Assembly: GCA_963676615.1 (NCBI GenBank)
Contig: OY781092.1
Coordinates: 1,312,001 to 1,376,000, forward strand
DNA from: Candidatus Cloacimonadota bacterium
Lineage (GTDB): Bacteria > Cloacimonadota > Cloacimonadia > G963667145
Reading direction: 5' to 3'
Length of the DNA stretch: 64,000 nucleotides
The notes under the pieces are model-generated. The model saw nothing but the letters and a program-made list of their open reading frames with translations, was not told the DNA's origin and ran no database searches. A program made the position numbers and the translations under genes. Below, one piece after another: positions 59,233-64,000 of the stretch (position 1 is its first letter; each line of letters begins with the position of its first letter).

Positions 59233-59918
59233 TGGCGGTATTTGCACACCGTTCGTCTGCTGATTTTGACGCCCATCTGCTGTAACTGCTCGGCGATTTC
59301 TCGGTCGCCAAAGCCCTCTTTCGTTAAACGGCGCACCTTTTCTTTTACAAAATCTAGACTTAAACCAGCTTGCCCTTTCACCAAAAAATCGGACAGAAGC
59401 TTTACTTCGCCCACAAAATCGACCTGCTTATTTTTGAGCAAAGCGTAGCAAATATTTTTGGAAATCTGCAAATCTTCCGCCAGCTTTTGCATCGCCAAAG
59501 GGCTGAACGACGCCCGTTTTTGCCAAGATTCCCACTGAAATTCGCAAAGATATTTCCCAACTTTTTGCAAAAGTTTTTCGCGCGAACTTAGGATATTTTG
59601 CAAAAATTGCCGCCTTTTTCTTTGCTTGGCAAAAAAATCGCCGGCGCATTGCTGATACTCCGATTTCAATTTCAGCTTCGGACAAAAAACTTTGTTCACT
59701 CGGCAGATTTTGCCGTCCCACACCAAATCTACCTGCGACTGCGAGTAGTCATAATTTTCGATTTCGTTCAAATCGAGCAGTGGATTTGCCAAAATCTCTT
59801 GTTTGAGAAAAAGGCTCAGCTCTCGCAAATCCATTTTGTAGAGCTTGAGAAAAAGCGGCGATTGCCCAACTTTTTTGTCTAAAACGATATCCGCAAAACT
59901 GATCAGAGGCTTGCTCAT
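59220..59918 (-). CDS. Miniature sigma-54 (RpoN)-like protein lacking the core-binding domain
   Basis: Region I-like LKL..MDLREL..FL.QE...NPLLD; ELH-like SREKLLQKVGKYL.EFQ; RpoN box D.EIAE.L...GVKISRRTVCKYR; only 232 aa. Confidence 0.75.
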   Translation of the reverse strand: MSKPLISFADIVLDKKVGQSPLFLKLYKMDLRELSLFLKQEILANPLLDLNEIENYDYSQSQVDLVWDGKICRVNKVFCPKLKLKSEYQQCAGDFFAKQRKRRQFLQNILSSREKLLQKVGKYLCEFQWESWQKRASFSPLAMQKLAEDLQISKNICYALLKNKQVDFVGEVKLLSDFLVKGQAGLSLDFVKEKVRRLTKEGFGDREIAEQLQQMGVKISRRTVCKYRHQLS

Positions 59919-59921
59919 CGG

Positions 59922-60539
59922 CTACTTTTCGTGCGACTCGACTCGCTTTTTCGCCGCCGCAAAAAGCTTCTGCGTGTTCAAATTTTCGGTGATACCCACA
60001 TCCAGCACATCCACATAAATCGCATCCTGATAATAGGGCATCAGCACATCGCGAAAGGTCTGCGCGCGAGAGTCGGCAAGCACTTTCGGCACAAAATCGG
60101 CAGCGAACAAAATCGGATGCCCCTTCTTCGGGCGACCATCTTTGCGACCGACAGGAATCACGAAAGGAGCTGGCTCGACATAGGCGTCCGAAATTTTTTG
60201 GTAACTCTCTGGCAAAACGAACGGCTGATCGACCAAATTGAGCATCGCCATATGTCCGCTTTGCACCTTGACAAACCCTTTTTTTACCGACGAAAGCATT
60301 CCGCCTTGCAGATGTTCTGCGTTAAAAACTGGGAACACAAAATCGGCGTAACGATCTGCCAGATAGTCCGATACGCCTTGGTAGTTGTCGCCAAGCACGA
60401 CAATCACACGATCAGAAAAAGCCCGTAACTTCTGCAAAACCAGGTCGATAGTCTTGCCATCGCCGACATCCAAAAGCGCTTTGTCCGCACCCATTCGCGA
60501 AGATTGCCCCGCACACAGCAAAATCGAATCTATTTTCAT
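59922..60539 (-). CDS. MocA/YgfJ-like nucleotidyltransferase (NTP_transf_3)
   Basis: ILLCAGQSSRMG.DKALL, GMLSSV..G, LVDQP, KGHPILF. Confidence 0.85.
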   Translation of the reverse strand: MKIDSILLCAGQSSRMGADKALLDVGDGKTIDLVLQKLRAFSDRVIVVLGDNYQGVSDYLADRYADFVFPVFNAEHLQGGMLSSVKKGFVKVQSGHMAMLNLVDQPFVLPESYQKISDAYVEPAPFVIPVGRKDGRPKKGHPILFAADFVPKVLADSRAQTFRDVLMPYYQDAIYVDVLDVGITENLNTQKLFAAAKKRVESHEK

Positions 60540-60655
60540 AAAAACTCCTTACTTAATTTCATCTAAAAATTACTTGAAAATTGTAAAGAGAAATTTTGTA
60601 ACGAAAAAATGGTGCCTTTTCAATAAAAAAAGACACCAAACTTCATCGAGCAAAT

Positions 60656-62014
60656 TTATATGAATATCAAAGTTAGCACCACAACCAGCGCTATCGTCAC
60701 CAAACCTTGCACCAAAGTAGCCAAAGTCTGGGTTTTATAGGCTGTAGAGACATCCATTCCGCTAAACTCTGTGACAACCCAAAAAAAGCTGTCGTTCGCA
60801 TGAGAAACCGTCATTGCGCCTGCTCCAATAGCCATAACTGTCAGCAATCTGCCTCCGATAGTGGCAAGTCCAAGAGCGGGCAAAAGCGGAGCGATCAAAG
60901 TTGAGGTGACCACGATAGCTGTCGTGGAAGAACCTTGTGCTGTCTTGAGAGCCGCAGCCACGATAAAAGGCACCAAAATGCCGATGCTGATAGTGCTTAG
61001 CGAATTGCCCAGATACTCGCCAATCGGCGTTGCTTTTAGCACAGAGCCAAAAGAGCCGCCCGCAGCTGTAATCATTATTATAACTGCGGCGTCCATCAAC
61101 CCCATTCCGACCCAACCGCTAAGAGTTTCTTTATCAAATTTAGGCAGCAAAAAGCAACAAAAAAAGACGCCAGCCATCAAAGCGTTTACGGGTTTACCCA
61201 AAAAACCAAAAAATTTAAAGAGAAATCCGTTTCCCAAAGGATGTGTCGGAAAATTCGCCAAAGAACCCAAAGTGATCAAAATAATCGGCACAGCGATGGG
61301 AGCAAACGCCTTCCAAATGCTCGGCAATTTGCCATATTGCTTTTTTATCTCGGCATAATCCATCTCCAGCGGAGCTGTGTCGTCGCCACAAGTGAACTTG
61401 CCGCCAACTTTTGTAGCCCACCAATAGCCTGCCAGCATCGTCACGACGGACACTCCCAGCCCAAGCAAGATAACAAAACCAAGATGCGTCGAGAGTCCCG
61501 AATTTGCGGCAGCGGCAATCGGTCCGGGCGTCGGTGGCACCAAAGTGTGCGTCGCGTAAAGTCCCGTTGCCAAGGCAACAGACATCACAACCCCTGGAGT
61601 TTTGGTTTGCTTGACCAAAGATTTTTTGAGAGAAGACAAAATCACAAAGCCAGAATCGCAAAAAACGGGAATCGACACGATATAACCGATAATACTCATC
61701 GCCAAAGCTGGTCTTTTTTTTCCGATTACCTTGATAACCGTGTCCGCCATCACAATCGCAGAACCTGACTTTTCCAGAACTTTTCCGATAATCGTCCCCA
61801 AAATTATCACAATTCCGATGTAAGTCAAAATGCCGCCAAAACCTTTACGAATAGTTGCCCCTATCTGCAAAGGATCCATTCCCGCAGCAAACGCAACGCC
61901 ATACGAAGCCAACAAAAGAGCAATAAACGGATGGAGCTTCCATTTGGCAGTGGCTATCACGATAAAAACGATAGACAACACCAAAATCACCAATAACATA
62001 GGACCTTGAACCAT
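60656..62014 (-). CDS. GntP family permease (probable D-glycerate transporter)
   Basis: KLHPFIALL, IPVFCDSGF, VPPTPGP, KTAQGSST, SHANDS.FW; adjacent to glycerate kinase. Confidence 0.9.
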   Translation of the reverse strand: MVQGPMLLVILVLSIVFIVIATAKWKLHPFIALLLASYGVAFAAGMDPLQIGATIRKGFGGILTYIGIVIILGTIIGKVLEKSGSAIVMADTVIKVIGKKRPALAMSIIGYIVSIPVFCDSGFVILSSLKKSLVKQTKTPGVVMSVALATGLYATHTLVPPTPGPIAAAANSGLSTHLGFVILLGLGVSVVTMLAGYWWATKVGGKFTCGDDTAPLEMDYAEIKKQYGKLPSIWKAFAPIAVPIILITLGSLANFPTHPLGNGFLFKFFGFLGKPVNALMAGVFFCCFLLPKFDKETLSGWVGMGLMDAAVIIMITAAGGSFGSVLKATPIGEYLGNSLSTISIGILVPFIVAAALKTAQGSSTTAIVVTSTLIAPLLPALGLATIGGRLLTVMAIGAGAMTVSHANDSFFWVVTEFSGMDVSTAYKTQTLATLVQGLVTIALVVVLTLIFI

Positions 62015-62032
62015 AATTCCTCCTCTCTACTT

Positions 62033-63178
62033 TTAATTTTTACAAAAAGCTTTCGCCACTCTGAAAATATTCACCAAACTAAACTCAAGGTCTTTTTCGG
62101 CAGTGGCAAAAATCTCTTGCAAACTGCCAGAACACCTAATGGCAGAAAAAACGCCGCTAAGCCCGTGGCTATACAAAGTATCGATATTGTCCTCCACAGA
62201 GCCGACCACCGCAATCACTGGCACGCCAAACTTTTGCCCCAATTTCGCCACACCCATCGGCAATTTTCCAAAAGTCGTCTGCCAATTCATCTGCCCCTCA
62301 CCTGTCACGATCAAGTCGAAATCGCCCGACTTCACCTTATTTTCCAAATCTATTTGCTCAGAAATTATCGAAAAACCCTGACGCAATTCGCCGTTCAAAA
62401 AAGCTATCAAACCAGCGCCCAATCCACCAGCAGCCCCCGCTCCTCCTATCTCGGCGACATCTGCACCAATTTTAGCGGTCACCACTTTGTTGTAACTGCG
62501 CATTCCTGTCTCGAGCTTTTGCAAATCCGCTTCCGACGCCCCTTTTTGCCGCCCATATGTATAAGTCGCACCATCTACGCCGCACAACGGATTGTTTACA
62601 TCGCAAGCCACCAGGCACTCAATCTTGTCGAAATCGAACTTGACCCCAGAATCGTCTATCGTTGCCACATCGACCAAATTTCGTCCACAGCCAGACAAAC
62701 TCCTGCCGCTTTTGTCCAAAAAACGAAAACCGAGAGCCTCCAACATTCCCATTCCGCAATCGTTGGTGGCGCTGCCGCCGATGCCCATTATTAGCCGTGA
62801 GCAACCTTTTTGCAAAGCGTCCAAAATCAGCTGCCCCGTGCCAAAAGTAGAAGCCAGCATAGGGTTCAAACTTTCTGAGTCCACCAAAGTAATCCCAGAA
62901 GCCGCAGCCATCTCAATCACCGCCGTTTTGCCGTCTCCCAAAATTCCATACTTCGCCTCAACCTCCGCTCCCAGCGGTCCACGAACAACTCTCGATTCAT
63001 ACCTGCCTTTCGTGTTCAGCACCAACGCATCCACAGTGCCTTCGCCGCCATCCGCCATCGGCACCTGCACGATTTGGGAATCCTCATCCACTTTGCACAA
63101 AGCAATCTCCGCAATCTGACAAAACCTCACCGAAGAAATCGTCCCCTTAAAAGAGTCGGGTATCACCAAAATTTTCAA
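62033..63178 (-). CDS. glxK: Glycerate kinase (class I, GlxK/GarK family)
   Basis: PDSFKG, PMADGGEGT, IEMAAASG, GIGGSATND, GAGAAGGLG, TGEG. TTG start 63178 after GGGAGG. Confidence 0.93.
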   Translation of the reverse strand: MKILVIPDSFKGTISSVRFCQIAEIALCKVDEDSQIVQVPMADGGEGTVDALVLNTKGRYESRVVRGPLGAEVEAKYGILGDGKTAVIEMAAASGITLVDSESLNPMLASTFGTGQLILDALQKGCSRLIMGIGGSATNDCGMGMLEALGFRFLDKSGRSLSGCGRNLVDVATIDDSGVKFDFDKIECLVACDVNNPLCGVDGATYTYGRQKGASEADLQKLETGMRSYNKVVTAKIGADVAEIGGAGAAGGLGAGLIAFLNGELRQGFSIISEQIDLENKVKSGDFDLIVTGEGQMNWQTTFGKLPMGVAKLGQKFGVPVIAVVGSVEDNIDTLYSHGLSGVFSAIRCSGSLQEIFATAEKDLEFSLVNIFRVAKAFCKN

Positions 63179-63353
63179 AAAATCCTCCCATTTCAAAATG
63201 AGAAAGTCATTATTAACCACATTATGCGACACCTGCAAAAAATGTCAACCCAAAAAATAGCGCCTCTCCCCAATTTAATCAAAGAAAAGTTTGACAAAAA
63301 AATCGGAAACGGCAAAAACCATAGCAAAAATAAAGAAAAAAAAGAGAGTTTTT

Positions 63354-64000
63354 ATGAACACAAATAAACTTAAACAACTAATATTTAACACCCTAAAACA
63401 GGACGAAAGACTTTGGAACAAGGATAAAACAGAGCTAAACCAAACGCTTCTTTTGGATTTGGTAGAAAAAATTGATGAAACAGTCATTGATTTACTCCTT
63501 CAAGAAAAAGATTTGCGAGATAAGTTTTTTGTGAAAATAAATAAGAAATTCCCCTCTGATAGAGGGGTGGCATCGCAAAGCGATGACGGGGTGTTTGTTT
63601 TCAAAACCAACGATTTTCGGTTTTTTATGGAAGAAAACAAAGTCGATAACTCTTATACCGCTTATAAAAATAGAATTGGTCTAACTGATGGTAAAAAATT
63701 CCTAAAAGACACCAACGATGTTGTTTTAGATTTTCCTTATAAAGACTGTGTTTTAGAAGGTGGGCAAAGTAGTGAAGAAGGAACGGATACCTATTTTGAA
63801 TACGATGAGACCGTTACCAAAACACAAGAAAAGCAAGGATTAAAAGCTAAAACCTATAATCAAAAAACCGCTAAAAGAAAAGAGGTGTTTTTTAATCAAG
63901 TTTTGGCTCACGATGAGATTGATAGGCTTTTTGACCACAAAGCACTTACAAACTGGAAAAGGTTTACAAAAGACGGTGTTTCGACTTCGCTCAACGACCT
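63354..64000 (+). CDS. Type III restriction-modification Mod methyltransferase, N-terminal part (runs off the window)
   Basis: Hand translation is open from ATG 63354 to the window end. NSYTAYKNRIGL, VVLDFPYKDCVLEGGQS and EVFFNQVLAHDEIDRLF..K.LTNWKR are typical of the Mod N-terminus. Confidence 0.85.
   Translation, partial: MNTNKLKQLIFNTLKQDERLWNKDKTELNQTLLLDLVEKIDETVIDLLLQEKDLRDKFFVKINKKFPSDRGVASQSDDGVFVFKTNDFRFFMEENKVDNSYTAYKNRIGLTDGKKFLKDTNDVVLDFPYKDCVLEGGQSSEEGTDTYFEYDETVTKTQEKQGLKAKTYNQKTAKRKEVFFNQVLAHDEIDRLFDHKALTNWKRFTKDGVSTSLND
63547..63594. repeat. REP-like double-hairpin element within the mod coding sequence
   Basis: CCCCTCT-gat-AGAGGGG (63551-63567), CATCGC-aaa-GCGATG (63571-63585), then ACGGGGTGT; a GC-rich island in an AT-rich gene. 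Confidence 0.7.

Overview
A 64-kb chromosomal segment from a diderm (lpxB, bamD), probably anaerobic bacterium; the lineage cannot be assigned from the sequence alone. Most of it is housekeeping: gyrA/gyrB, tyrS, serS, rsmF, rlmD, lpxB, holA, uppP, nadD, bamD, tpiA, fmt, pssA, mutS and glycerate kinase/GntP. It also holds a ~12.4-kb aromatic amino-acid cluster (aroF-pheA-tyrA-aroB-aroA, then trpEG-D-C-F-B-A) with an unannotated WWW leader-peptide attenuator. Six accessory oddities stand out. (1) A chimeric Dpn locus: a DpnI-type methyl-directed nuclease and dpnD lie between a 50-codon Dam/DpnM stub and an N-terminally clipped DpnA methyltransferase. (2) A 232-aa sigma-54-like protein that keeps Region I and the RpoN box but lacks the core-binding domain. 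(3) A BrnT-type toxin-antitoxin module bracketed by a 33-bp duplication of the aroA 3' end. (4) REP-like palindromes read in frame inside a type III R-M Mod gene at the right edge. (5) A Fic-HTH protein with a perfect 12-bp repeat of ~18 copies. (6) A single-chain triple-RidA gene. No rRNA, tRNA, CRISPR array or transposase was recognised. All family calls come from motif recognition, not database searches.
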